Part shown: positions 13,002-46,167 of the stretch, one piece after another | How positions within the stretch are numbered: position 1 is the stretch's first letter | Layout: each line of letters starts with the position of its first letter | DNA from: Paraspadella gotoi | Taxonomy: Eukaryota; Animalia; Chaetognatha | Length of the DNA: 64,000 nt | NCBI GenBank assembly: GCA_051294375.1 | Contig: CM119265.1 | Coordinates: 15,784,564-15,848,563 of the forward strand | Direction of reading: 5' to 3' | The notes under the pieces: generated by a model | Seen by the model: the letters and a program-made list of their open reading frames with translations, nothing else | Told to the model about the DNA's origin: nothing | The model's database searches: none | Program-made: the position numbers and the translations under genes

Positions 13002-14631
13002 CAAATGCTAAAATAACTCTTTTCTTCCATAGTTGCTGCGACATTGACGAGGAATTGTTGAACAAGCTGATGACGTTGGTGGGAACTTTGCTGTGCGACG
13101 GAGAACTTATGCTTGCCAGGATTTTGAGGAGGAAAGTTCTGGAAAAGTGCGAACTTTGGCAGGTCAGTTTAAAGTCTTTTTGATAATAATCTTTCATAAA
13201 TTAAACAAAGATGGCGATGCACGAATTCACATTTGTGATGTCTAACGCAGATTGAATAAATTTTGAGTAATAACGAGACTTGCTGCAGATTATTTATTAG
13301 ACAAATTCTTCAACTCCCCCCCCCCAAAAAAAATAAAAACAGAAGCACACTACGCCGCAGCCGTTGATCCATTCCTCGTTCACGATGCAACCAAACAAAC
13401 CCGCGACGCTGCTAGACTTTGACGGGAAAGACGTCGCCGAGCAGATGACGCTCTTAGATTCGGGTAAGTTATCCTTGCGACGTCGATGCTCGTTCTTAGA
13501 GTAAGAATTGCTAAACGCATCGTCCCTCCGATTCCAGAACTGTTCCAAAAGATCGAGCTCCCCGAAGTGCTGTTGTGGGCAGAGAAGCAGTCCGAAGAGC
13601 TGAGTCCCAACCTTTCCAAGTTCACGGAGCACTTCAACAACATGTCCTACTGGGTGAGGTCGATTATCCTCACACAAACGGACGCGAAGATTCGGGAAAA
13701 GTACATGATGAGATTCATCAAGATCATGAAGGTGAGTCGATTTCTAGTTGTTAACTTGTTTCTTCTGTGCGAATTTCGCAATCAGTTTAGCCTTTGTGCT
13801 GACATCTATTGGGAAAGCAACTTTGAAGATTAAAAAGGACATCGCCTAAATTTTTCACTCGGAGAATTAGGATTTTGATATTGATAAACTTTTTTTTTCA
13901 GCATCTTCGCATTTTGAATAACTTCAACTCGTTTTTGGCGTTGTTGTCGGCTCTGGATTCGGCTCCAATAAGACGCCTAGAGTGGCCGAAACAAGTCACC
14001 GAGGTTCGATTTTTTTTTATTTAAGGAATTCGAAAAAAATTATCAAATTCTAATTATCCATTTTTCTTCACAGAAACTTCGCGAACACAGTGAACTCATC
14101 GATTCGACGTCGTCTTTCCGAACGTATCGTCAAGCGTTGGCGGAAACTGAGCCCCCGGCTATTCCCTACATGTGAGTGAATGAATTTTGACAGTACTATT
14201 TGTGTGAACATCAAAGTTTAGTTTAATTATCTCGCACACATCACTTTCCAGCGGCCTCGTTTTACAAGATCTCACATTCGTTCACATCGGAAACCAGGAC
14301 TTCTTACCGGAAACGAGCGATGGTTAGTGTTTATATTTTTAAAATTAATTGATAATACAGTACTTTTGTGCCGAATCTACAGATGAATTTTTATATGAAA
14401 TTTTTTATATCAGTTCCCCCGGACGCCCGATGCGTGAACTTCGCCAAGAGGTGGCAGCAGTTCAACATCCTCGACAACATGCGCCGCTTCAAACAGTCGC
14501 ACTACGACGACGTGAAAAAGAACGAAAGGATGTGCGCCTTCTTCAACTCCTTCCAAGACTTTCTCGACGAGGAGCAACTCTGGCACATATCGGAGACGAT
14601 CAAGCCGAGAGGCGGGAAAAAACTCGCTTGA
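1..14631 (+). CDS. RAPGEF1: Rap guanine nucleotide exchange factor 1 (C3G), multi-exon, 5' end outside window
   Basis: Crk-SH3-type proline motifs (PLLPPKQR, PPIPPK, PPPLPPKKK). REM exons at 6587-6700 (VRGGTVDTLVVHAT..FQEAFLTTYR) and 7637-7774 (RYNKF..ASRNAFSLLIRAVDEL). CDC25 exons include IELPEVLLWAEKQSEELSPNLSKFTEHFNNMSYWVRS, NNFNSFLALLSALDSAPIRRLEW and VNFAKRWQQFNILDNMRRF. Stop TGA at 14629-14631. Confidence 0.93.
2511..2600. repeat. (CT)n microsatellite; similar tracts at about 7456-7630, 7790-7885, 12950-13000, 28668-28772, 32400-32490, 36137-36195 and 40548-40588
   Basis: Direct inspection. Most are intronic and often next to splice sites. Confidence 0.95.
8232..12553 (-). CDS. TTLL10: Tubulin tyrosine ligase-like protein, TTLL10 (polyglycylase)-like, nested in RAPGEF1 intron 7775-13032
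   Basis: Spliced minus-strand exons give VWICKPGNENCGRGIFL, IIQRYITRPLLLDGRKADIRAFMLIASTEPYLVLFRPGYVRL, HLTNQCVQRCHPDYEERKDESVWSIERFNDYVN, FEILGFDFLIDDRLNVWLIE and ANVNPSLATNNKTLAEVVP. Likely ATG at 12553. The C-terminus has 7-aa ESKGSGR repeats. The subfamily call rests on resemblance of the HLTNQ..VWS and IAST.PY segments. Confidence 0.8.
10049..10070. other. Assembly gap (22 N) inside a TTLL10 exon
   Basis: Run of n characters. Confidence 1.
10909..11003. repeat. (TTTC)n microsatellite; also (AATC)n/(AAAT)n at about 2825-2950 and (TTC)n at about 45133-45189
   Basis: Direct inspection. Confidence 0.95.
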
Positions 14632-15754
14632 TCATCTTCCCCGAAATTTCCCGTCGACTAACTGCAACATCTCGATCCGCCATGGCCCACCGATCGAGAC
14701 TCCAACCGCGCTGGCGACTAATTTCTCCACTCGGTCGCTTCATTTTCTTCCCCACGAAACTTTTTTTCGCCAGTATTTGTTTTTCATTTTCTCTCAACTA
14801 TTTTTTCGTTAACTTTTTTGGCCTCTTTTGTTTTTCGTTAATCTGGAAACGTTTCTTTAATTTTGTTAATTTAATCGTGATTGTATTGAGATATTATTAT
14901 AATTATTAATTTTATTTTATTGCGTTCACCGATAAAAAAAAAGATATATATTAAAAATTACTCGAATGAATTGTGCCATGAATTGTCGTATGAACGACTT
15001 CACCACAAGCAGCTTGTAACCGATCCTCTTTTGCATTTCAGTTGTACATTTGAACATTAAAGAAAAAATAGATTGATCGTTATTTTGTCGTAATGAATGT
15101 AAATTTTTGGTAACTTATTTTGATCCCATTGTTTGCAATGACCAAAAAATAGAAGAAATAGATCATCTACTCCTGAAATCATTGATTTTTAAATCCGTAG
15201 GACACGAGTTTAAACAACCTTGACAGTCAGTTTTGCACTATCATGCCGTGAAAGAGTCATCCAGATTGAGCATTACGAAATGTTCACTTGAATATCGATT
15301 TAGAAAATATTATCCACTAATGAGCAATGGAATTACGAATTAGGAATTCCGTTACGCTTATAATGAAAACTACTTACAGGTGACGACGAAGGATATGAAG
15401 GCAAAATTTATTTTTTTTTTTTTTGCCGAAATGAATTGTTTTGTGTACGTGAAAGTGACGACGTGACGTATATGAGTATCGCGTACGTGACAGTGACTAA
15501 TAAACAATATTGCCAATAACTGCTAATAACTGTCTTTAGAAATTCGAACAGTTACGGAAACAAACTTTCCCAATGAAACCACGTCTGATGCGGGCGCCTT
15601 GTTGTGTGAGTCAAACCAATTTGAAAAACTGAATGAAGACGACAGAAATCTAAAAGAAAATCAAAGAACCAAACGTAAATTTTAAAATATATAAAACCAA
15701 AAAAATAAAGAAGAACGCAACCGTTGTTGGGATATACTTCCTTTGGCCGAGGAT

Positions 15755-16172
15755 ATGTTGATCTGGTTCTATCTTATGGCTATTGGTAAACAAAAAAAGA
15801 TAATTTATAGACACCTTCACGCCGGTTTTCTCTTATTTTTAATCTGTAGGTTTATAATATATTGAATTAATGAATAATTACTATACTAGTTAGTTCATAG
15901 GTTAATCCGCCGGTGAGGGGTACCCAAATTGTCATGGAATCGAATTACTATATTAACATAAATCATAAGCTCGACCGTACCCATTTTAAGGAGCAACTCG
16001 CGCGGTGCCGTACTTCCGGTTGCACACAGAGGAGGTGACGTGGGATCACGCAAAAAGAATCTGCGCCAAAGAAGGCGGTATTTTGCCGGAACTGGGGGAA
16101 GCCGTCGATAAGACGGTTCAACTGTTCGCCGAAAAGGGATCTTTGTGGGTCGGCGCCGAGAGGACCGCCTGT

Positions 16173-16238
<66 letters not shown>

Positions 16239-18049
16239 GCAGTAAATTACTCCTAAATTTTTCCCCTTTATAATCCGTATATTTTCGTCAGACTCTAACA
16301 ACGGTCATTGGCATTGGAATTCTGGCCGCAATGTTTCTTTCATCCGACGATCTCTGATCAAAAGTTCCGATCCAAAAGTCAAAATTCGCGGATGCCTCAC
16401 TCTCTCGGGGATTCACTTCAAGGAGACCTACTGTGAATTCGCTTATAAATTTTTTTGTCAAGTTCCTTCAGGTAAGCAATATTATGGAGGACGCTTTAGG
16501 TTATATTCCGTTTTTGGAACCAAATGTCTACTTAATAAAGCCAAGCCAAGCCAATAATTGAAAATTCGGACTCTTTTATCTCCCTGCGAAATTGTTTTCT
16601 TTGTAGAGACTTGCGTGGATTCATTGAAGTATTCCGTCACTTTAAAAACAGGAGACTCGACCACGGAAAAGTTAAAGTCCCTAAACACAGGTTAGTATTA
16701 TTCGTGGAGACGTCGCGCCATTTGCGTTCAAAATCATTTTCATCCCCCACTTGACTTTTCTAGAAAACATGGATCGAACTCACTCTCCCGGAAACGCAGT
16801 CTTCGATTTGACCGGCGTCGTTGGGGGAGTCAGAACTTCTTGCGTTTTCGACACAGAGTCTAAATACCTAATGGGAACACAGGTCGTTTTTTATCCTTCT
16901 AGTTTAAAGCCTATAATGCCGTCAATAACAAAATAACAACGAAAATAAAAAAAACTTAAAACAATGACCTTTTTTGTATCAGACTTTCAGCGACTCCTGC
17001 CCATGGCTCGGTCGCCTGACATCTCTTCGCATCACCATGACTAACATCGACATCTGGTATTTGGAAGCGGTGACGGTGACGGCGCCGCGAAGAGGACCCG
17101 GCGCCGCCGAGACGATCACTAAAAGCGTTGACGCCTGGCTCGGCGCCGTCGATCGGACTCACGGTGAAAGAGGCGAAATAATCTGATTTTCGTAGTAACT
17201 TTATTTTCAACCTGGGAAAATATTTAAAATGCCAACGGTGTATCGGAATGCATGATGCTCAATAAAATCTACTAAGTAAATTCATTAATTTAATTTTAAA
17301 GGCTAATGAATGTGCTCCATGCGTAGCATAAGTATCTGTGAAAAACAATTATTTCGGCAAAACTTACTTGTTTTCACTTTCAGCAATCTGGCCGGTTTTG
17401 GGTCCGTGGACATCGACGGTCGTTGTAGATCTGCAACAAGATCGTGACACAACAGATCCAAGTGCGATCATCAGACGTTTGAGTATCATACTAACCTTTA
17501 ACCTGTCCAATTGACCAGTGACCACATATTTTCTATTATTTCTCAGAACCGCTAGAAATTCGACATCCGACTTGGAACGCGACGTCGATTTCCGTCGTCG
17601 GATTCTTAATCGTCCTCATCGTCGTCCTGATCATCATCATCGTCGTTCTATCATTGTGCTGGCGGCGGGAAAAGTCGGGTGAGATAGCGAGGGTCACATT
17701 CAAAAAAATTGCGTTGCGGGATGGAATTTTGAAGAGACGGGCATCGTCGACATTAACCCTGATCACTAATTCAAATTAAAAGTTAACAACTTTTTTTTTC
17801 CAAGAATTCCAAACTGCACCACGCCCCCAATCTGTTCCAACGCCGGAGGCCTTTGCCCAACGAACCTACGGCATGGGGGACGTCGCCGCCGACTCGTCTT
17901 ACATCCCAATGGGATTTTGCAAGAGAGACTCCGCCATCTACGAGGAACCGGGCCCAGGAAGTCGTCGGGACAGAGGGGCTGACGGATACCCGGTCGTCGA
18001 CGAAGACGACTATTTGAAGCCAGTTTCTGTCGGAAACGCGCGACCTTAG
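15755..18049 (+). CDS. Type I membrane protein: signal peptide, C-type lectin domain, PLAT/LH2-like domain, TM helix, Tyr-motif tail
   Basis: Exons give MLIWFYLMAIGATRA; VTWDHAKRICAKEGGIL..LWVGA..WHWNSG..CLTL..C..FFCQ (CTL); YSVTLKTGDS..FDLTGVVG..LGRLTSLRI..WYLEAVTVT (PLAT-like); VVGFLIVLIVVLIIIIVVLSLCWRR (TM); tail with YIPM, IYEEP, DYLKP. Stop TAG at 18047-18049. Confidence 0.7.
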
Positions 18050-18843
18050 ATTGGCGTCTTCTTTAAAAAACTCTTTAGATCTTTCAATTTTGTATTTTTT
18101 TTCGCACTTGAAATAAACATTTTAAACATGAATAAAACTATACCAGAAATTTTAAATGACGACAAACCTTCGTTTATTTGATTGAGACGCTGCTAAAGAA
18201 GCTTGGCATCGTGCCAAAAGTTTTCGTGCGCAACAAAATAGGAAAGATGGACGGAGTCAATGAAAGTAAAAGAAAAACTAAATAGAGGTTTTTATGAAGA
18301 AGTTTATAGTATGCCATAAAATATGTCGGCAAAATATTTATTAGTTTTTAATAGCTGTAAACTAAATGAAGTAATATTTAGTAGAACATTTTGTTTTCAT
18401 CTCACCATAAATAAGCAATACAAACTAATAATTTTTTTACAATGTAATTTAAAGTCATTAACTAATAATTTATGATTGTAATTTTTTAAATTTTTTGTAA
18501 ATGACTTATTCCGACTGCTGTGTTTCGCCACGACTTCGTAGTCAGTCGTTCGATCTCTCTCGATCTCGCGACTCCTTCGTTGCAAAGATGTTTTCGAGGA
18601 TTAATTTTTTTTTGTTTGGTCAGAAAATAATTAAAATTTTGGAACGAATTCATCTTGCCTCGAGCGAATTTTCTTAAATCAGGCAGTACGGGCGAATATT
18701 TATTTTTAATTCGAATTAGTCACTTATTTTTCGCAATTGCTTCGAAATTTAAGTATCTCATTTCTCGCTGTAAATTAAGAAATGTTTCTTGTCAAAAATT
18801 CGGTTTTACTTCCCGACTCGGTATAAAATTACGCCGTTGGGAG

Positions 18844-21800
18844 ATGACTTCGATCCGTCGGATACTCGTCATCGTTATTGTCGTCGGCGCAACAAGATGC
18901 GCCACCTCGATCGCAATTAACGACATAAATGGGGCTAACGTCAGCCACCTACACTCTCCGAACGACACCCGATTCCAGGACTTGAACAACAACTTTCTTA
19001 ACATCGGCGACAACGGGATCGTCAGACGCGGCGCCGATCACCATGGCGACAGCGATTTCAACCACGGCTCCAACGGCGGCTCGCACGGCGGCTCCAACGG
19101 CGGCGGTGGAGCTAACTTGAACAAAGGATGGGTCAGTGAGGGAGGTTTTCAAAACGCGATCGATGGAGCGATGCAAGGATCGGGGCTGGAGTCGTCGACC
19201 GTCAGTCACGATGTTGATTTCGTCAACGGTCAATTCGTCAACGACCGAAACGAAAGCAGCATGAACGTCAGCGCCGACGCAACCGGCGGAGGCGGCGGAG
19301 GAGGTCAAACTCGTCGCGACCTCGACTTCGTCAATGGGCGTTTGCTCACCGACGCTATCGAGAATCGCCTTCTTCATAAATCGATTCCTTTGAGCAAAAG
19401 AGATTTGGATTTCGTCAACGGGAGACTCTTGACCGATGCCAATGAGACGCACGTGGCGGAAAAGTCGCCGTCGGGATTTTTCGACAAAACCCGATACGAC
19501 TTTTTAGGGAAAAAAAAGCGAAGACGTCGGGATCTGGTGACACCGGAGTCGGCGAGTTGGAATGTCGATTCCCTGGATATCGATCATGACGTGGACCGTG
19601 ATGGTGACAGCGTGATGAGTGGTCACCTTCACCACGACGGAGATACTGACCCTGACAACGTAAATCATGCCAATCACTTGAACAGAGGAGAAGATACCGT
19701 GGACCACGGCGGCCAAGCGAATCACGGAATCCATGGAGAACAAAAAACGAAACATCGACACCAAATTAACAAAAGGCAAACGGACATTCGAGGTGGAAAC
19801 GGATTTGGTAGCGCGTTCGATAAATCGAACGGTCGGTCGCCAGTCAACGGGATGTCGCAGACTCAGTTCGCGGGTAATGGCGTTTTTCGAAGTTTGTGGC
19901 AATTTTAAATAGTATTAATTGCTGTGATCTTTTTAACAGTGTGTCCTCAGGGATGCGCCCAACAAGTGTGTCGAGCGGATTTGGGATGTTCCAAGTGTCG
20001 CGACGGACTTTTTTTGTTATTTCAATCCAGGTTTGACTTTGACTTAGTAGTATATACTATATTATAGCCACGATAAGAAAAAAAATAACAAAAGGGATAC
20101 ATTCTGCCATTGACGAAAGATTTGTTTTCGCATTGCAGAACGTCGCAAAACAACGACCTTCGAAATTTTTACAATTTACTGCCTCTAAATTTGGCATCCA
20201 ATGACACAACTTACATTCGTAATGCTACTCAAGATCGCAAAGGCGAGAAATACATTTTTTAAACAAATTACAAATCTGATATTGATGTCGCCTCAATGTG
20301 TAGTAGAAAAACCTATCACTCATTTCCTTTCATTTTAGTAAACAAGCGCCAGCTTTCAAACAGTTACGGTGGCTACAATGGATACAATTATCAAAACAGA
20401 TATAATTACAATGGATACGGCGCTAACTACCCCATTAATCGATATAACGAGTACGAATATTCTGGAAAGAACACTCCTCAATATTACAATGGATATCAAA
20501 GGCCGGGTAACACGAGAGAAAGAAGACAGACATAGGAAAAATGGCAAATTCAAAAACGCATTAATTTGATTCCTTACGACAAAACAGGAAATAATTACAG
20601 AACCTCTTTCTTTAATCCGCTTTATCCCGGATTTGCCGGTGGCGGCGCCAACGATCAACACCAAACAAAAGACGGCGCGAGAACTTTGTTGACTCCCCAA
20701 ATCGACGTCGGGTTTTATCCCAGGTTTAGACAAGATCATTAGTTTAATGACGTGTGAAATAATATATTTATTATACTTTTTTTTTAGGTTAACCTTGGGT
20801 CAATGCGTCACCGCTTGCCCGATCGGATTTTATACCTACGACAACGTTTGTTTTCGTAAGTTATTGGCAATAATATTGCTGATCTCTGTCAAGCACTGTT
20901 TGTTTTATATAAAGAGTTACGAAGTGTAACAAATAATATTATCTTACGAAGGCTGCAGCCAGTATTGCCTCCGCTGCACGCGCTTGGAGGACTGTCAGGA
21001 GTGTCAACCGCCTTTTCGTCCGGTCAATCAAGTTGGTCATGTCGACTGCTCGTTGACTGACGGCAAAGGTGGAAACCTTTACAACGCTTACGGTCTCCCG
21101 ATACAAACAGGTATTTGATAACATCAACCAAGGTATGTCTACAGTCTACAGTCTTCAGTAAATGAAGCTATATAATCCGAAAAAAATCCTGGAGCTCCTA
21201 TTGTAACAACGAATTACAGATTATCACGTTTTAACAATTTATTCCTAAATCACCATAGCTATTGGCTCTCCGCAAAGTCACGTCGGAACCGCGAGTTGCA
21301 ACGACATCTTCTGCGAGCGTTGCGCTGCCGATTCTCGCACGTGCGCCAAATGTGTTCCACCATATCAACTCGTGCGTAGGCGGAGCGGTGACTTTCAATG
21401 CGTGAAACGTGAGTTTTTCTCAATTTAATATAGATTTTAAAATATATATTTCAAACTTTTTTCTAGATTTAAATGAATAAACGATGTATATATTATATAT
21501 ATATACATACAATATCATGCATTACCTACAAATACAGTATGTACTCTGTAATTATTAGTTTTAAATTAAAGCAAACGATAACTTTTTATGTACGTACGTC
21601 CAAGGAAAAGAAGTGGCGATAGACAGGGGTTGCCTAATTCCCCGATGTCTTCTCTGCAACCCGTTTAACAACCGGGACTGTGTCAGATGTGTAGAAGGTA
21701 TGGACATAACGATGTAGGATTCTGCATATGTTTAAACAAATACGAAGTGGAGCTAAAAGATATCTTGTAAACTTAAACGTTTATTTTTTTATGAATTTTT

Positions 21801-22209
21801 TTCTTTGTTTCGAAAAGGATTCTCCCGCGCTCTTCAGAACTCGATGACTGTCTGCGTCCAGTCAACTCAACTACCGCAGCAGCATCAGCGTCAGACGACG
21901 GACGACGCGGCTTTAAATGGCAACGTCTTCGCAGTGTCCGCCGCCCTCTCGCCCGCTAATCCTAAATCGGAAGTTACCATGGGAGTCACGCGAAACGCTT
22001 GCAACATTCCCAACTGCGCGACGTGCAACGGACAGGAGCAATGCCTCTCTTGCGCGGCACCGTTGTTTCTCGACCGTAAACGGGCGCGGATCGAAGCATG
22101 CGTGACGCGTGAGGCCTGTTCCCCGGGCAGTGTCGCTATTTCGGAAGGAGAGCGACGCATTTGCGTCGACGTCTCTTCTAGCGGCGCCAGAAGAGTCAGA
22201 CTTGGGTGA
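18844..22209 (+). CDS. Secreted precursor: signal peptide, dibasic-site-rich low-complexity region, several furin-like Cys-rich repeats
   Basis: MTSIRRILVIVIVVGATRCATS signal. Repeats RR/KR-DLDFVNGRLLTDA. Spliced Cys-rich exons CPQGCAQQVCRADLGCSKCRDGLFLL, GQCVTACPIGFY, CSQYCLRCTRLEDCQECQPPF, CNDIFCERC..CAKCVPPY, CLIPRCLLC..CVRCVEG and CNIPNCATC..CLSCAAPLFL. Stop at 22207-22209. Confidence 0.7.
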
Positions 22210-23585
22210 ATGGGTCATGACTAATGGTGCTGGTGTCTTCCACAGGGCTTTGGCGTATATTTATTCTACTTTTCTGGTCGAAATCCAAATTCTTTCACGT
22301 TCTTATTACTACTATATACTCAGTATAAAATTGGTACAACCAATATAAAAATTATTCATTCATACAATTAGCAACATATTCTTTAGATATGTCAGACAAC
22401 CTTCCTTATTTAACTGTTTATATTTGAACTCATGATGAAAAAAATGAACTTTTGGTCATCATGATCAAAATCGAATACTGACATACGTATACATATGTTA
22501 TTACGTATGTTATTACATACATATTACAAAAGCAGAACAATTTACTTTTTGGCAAATAACATCACGCTCATCATGATTAATTACGAGAAAAGGATTGGAA
22601 AGAGTAAAAAGAGAGAGAAATAACTACGTAGAAAGAGAAAAGAGAGAAAATACTTAACAGGAAAAAAATATCTAAAGCGGAAAAGGCGAGTGGTAAAGAT
22701 AGGCCATAGGCATAGGAGAAAATTAAAAAACCTAAGAATTAACTAGGGGTTTTATCATGATTAAATTTTTACCTCTGCCCTCTGCTAATTTCTCGACTTT
22801 TAGTATTACTAATATTAGAAAAAAAAATAAAAATGCCAATAATATTAGGTGTGTAATCTGGATGGAAAAATATAGCCAACGCAAAGCGGTTAAGTGATGT
22901 AATACACTAATACAATTTAGCAATCCGTATTCTTACGGAAATAGTAAATACACTCTAAGACGCATAATGCTCAACAATTTAGTGACTTTTTGTCAGTATT
23001 TTAACAATTGTATAAACAGAGGTTTAAGGCACCTAACAGCTACATTAAAGGAGCCAGGAATCGTTTACCCAGTTACTAACACATGATTAATAATAAAGAA
23101 ACCTTGTAAACTAACTAAAGATACGATTAAAGCTTTTTTTGAATATTGATAAAATTCTTCGTCGTGCGTCTTCTCATAATTCAAACGACACACAAACATG
23201 AAAAAACTACTTTTTGATGGACATGACTAGTATTCTCTAATAGTAAAATATTAAATTTGTAAGTAAGGCTCTTGATGTTAATCTTACACATTACATGCAA
23301 CGTCGGATAAACGTAAAGCTAACACAAAAATGATTTTGATCTCATGATTGAAGGCAAAACAAAAATATTTATCTGGTCCGATAGAGTCTGGGGGAAAGAA
23401 ACATCGATTGAAAACCCAACTGCAAATAAACAAAATGTCGGCGTCACGGAAATGCCGAAAGCACGCACGCAGTGTCAGGCGCGCGCGTACGCGTCCGTGA
23501 CGCTTACGTGACGCACTCGTGCCACACGCGGATCAGAAAAACAAGTGAACGTGACGATTACATTTTTTTCCCAAAGAGGGCGAGA

Positions 23586-44317
<20,732 letters not shown>

Positions 44318-45131
44318 GATGGGAGTAAAAATAATTGTAGTTAGTCAGTTTTTAAATTTGTTTTTTCTTGACCATTTTTCATTTGTCTACAAAAAACTCT
44401 TCAACAGTAATCTTTTAGAGCTGCTACGTCATGAAGACCCAATTGCGGAGAAGAGAAGCGTAGGAAGGAATTTCTCAAGAAAACCAGAGCCAGCAAAGTA
44501 ATCGGATCGGCAAATGAGTTAAAACGATACATACGAAACAGCTTTCTCCACTTAACAAGTAAACATTTCTTTTTCATTACATTGTTGCAACAAGTTGCCA
44601 CAAATAAAATCCAAACTTAGTTAAACAATCAAAAATATTTCTAATCGTAACTTAACTTAAAACAAAAATTATAATAATAAATATGGAACGGTGAAATTGT
44701 AAATATATATATATATTGCGTAATCCTAGCTCGTTAGAACCTCGGTACTTTATTACGTTAACTTTAATTGCGAAGTTTCAGCCATGTGACGTGTACATAA
44801 AACTATTTCGTTTTAATAAATAATTGAAAAAGATTTCTCGATTACGGGGAAATCGGTCGAAAACCTGTTTTTTTTTAGCTGTTCGTGCATTAATTAAAGC
44901 GAAAGGTGGGCTCGACTGGTCCGGTCACGAATCTCAATCGCTCGAGTCGAGCAGTGAGAATGAGAACCAAGATTGGGAAAGAATGTATTCGATTCGAATT
45001 TTAGGTTTTGAGTTTCATATATGAATGTAATTGTAAAGTGTCTTCGTTCTCGGATGATCTTTTAGTTCTGCTTCGGTCTTCGCTCTCTCTTCGTAGGCGG
45101 CTCTCTACTTGTTGTTGCTCGAGCTGCTGCC

Positions 45132-45162
<31 letters not shown>

Positions 45163-45705
45163 CTTCTTCTTCTTCTTCTTCTTCTTCTTTGCTCCTGCCG
45201 CGTCGGACTTCTCCTGCGTCTCCTGCGCCGTCGTCGCTGCCGCCTCCAGAATTAAATTCAGACGCAAGATTCCGGGAAGAATAAATCATTAAACTGGGGG
45301 GGGGGTAATATGTGAGAGAGATGTGGAGTCATGGGAGAGATGAAAACCTGTTCTAGTGGAACGGCCCAAATAATTCACAAATTGAAAGAGAATAATGTCA
45401 ATGACTTTCTCCATGACGCTGGCAATTATTGATCCGTCAGATGTTGCGTAACATGATTTAAATTTTTTCATTGTACATTATTGTTCGTCAAAGTCATTGT
45501 TTTACTTTCCTCTGTATGACTTTTTCTCACGAAAAAAAAATTAAAATCTTCGACGAGTGGATAAATCTTAATATTTCTACAATCTACATATATATATATA
45601 TTTAATCATTGCTTTCATTTTTAGTTAAAAAGTCTTGCTCTCAATTAAGGGGAAAGAAATTCGTGAAAAGAAACAAAGACAACGAAACGTCTGCAAAATT
45701 CTACG

Positions 45706-46008
45706 ATGTCTTCAGGAGCGGGATGCTTGCCGATCAGAGACAATGAGGGCGATGGGGGCGCCCTTTCGAAGGCCTTTCAGACTCTGCTCTTATTCTCCTG
45801 CATGCTGCTGTCTCTTCCGGTACTCAGTTTCTTCTTGACGAAGCACTACCTTTTCGAAGAAGTGTACGGATACGACCCGCACGCGAGCAACGTTTGCGCG
45901 GCCATCGTCGCCGTCACGATCGTTCACGTCATCGTCGGACTATTTGTTTACGTCGCGTGGAAAGAAAGCTACACGCACACGATCCCGCCGGCCTTTAAAC
46001 AAGATTGA
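45706..46008 (+). CDS. VMA21: V-ATPase assembly factor VMA21
   Basis: 100-aa two-TM protein with TLLLFSCMLLSLPVLSFFLTK..AAIVAVTIVHVIVGLFVYVAWKE and C-terminal KQD. Intronless. Confidence 0.92.
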   Translation: MSSGAGCLPIRDNEGDGGALSKAFQTLLLFSCMLLSLPVLSFFLTKHYLFEEVYGYDPHASNVCAAIVAVTIVHVIVGLFVYVAWKESYTHTIPPAFKQD

Positions 46009-46167
46009 AGTCTCCGGGGACGACTTTTTATAACTGAAAATATTTATAAATTTACTTTTCATCTTTAATTGTATATGGGGATTCTTTTGTTAATAATATT
46101 GTACACTTAATAATTATGTATTTTATCCAATGTGATTCTTGTCCGTAGAATCCGTGCGCTCATCATA

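Noticed and set aside
45001-45292. Poly-K/poly-E/poly-F ORFs between ESYT and VMA21
   Set aside because: Driven by a (TTC)n tract in the divergent upstream region. No supported exon chain, though a small gene cannot be excluded.
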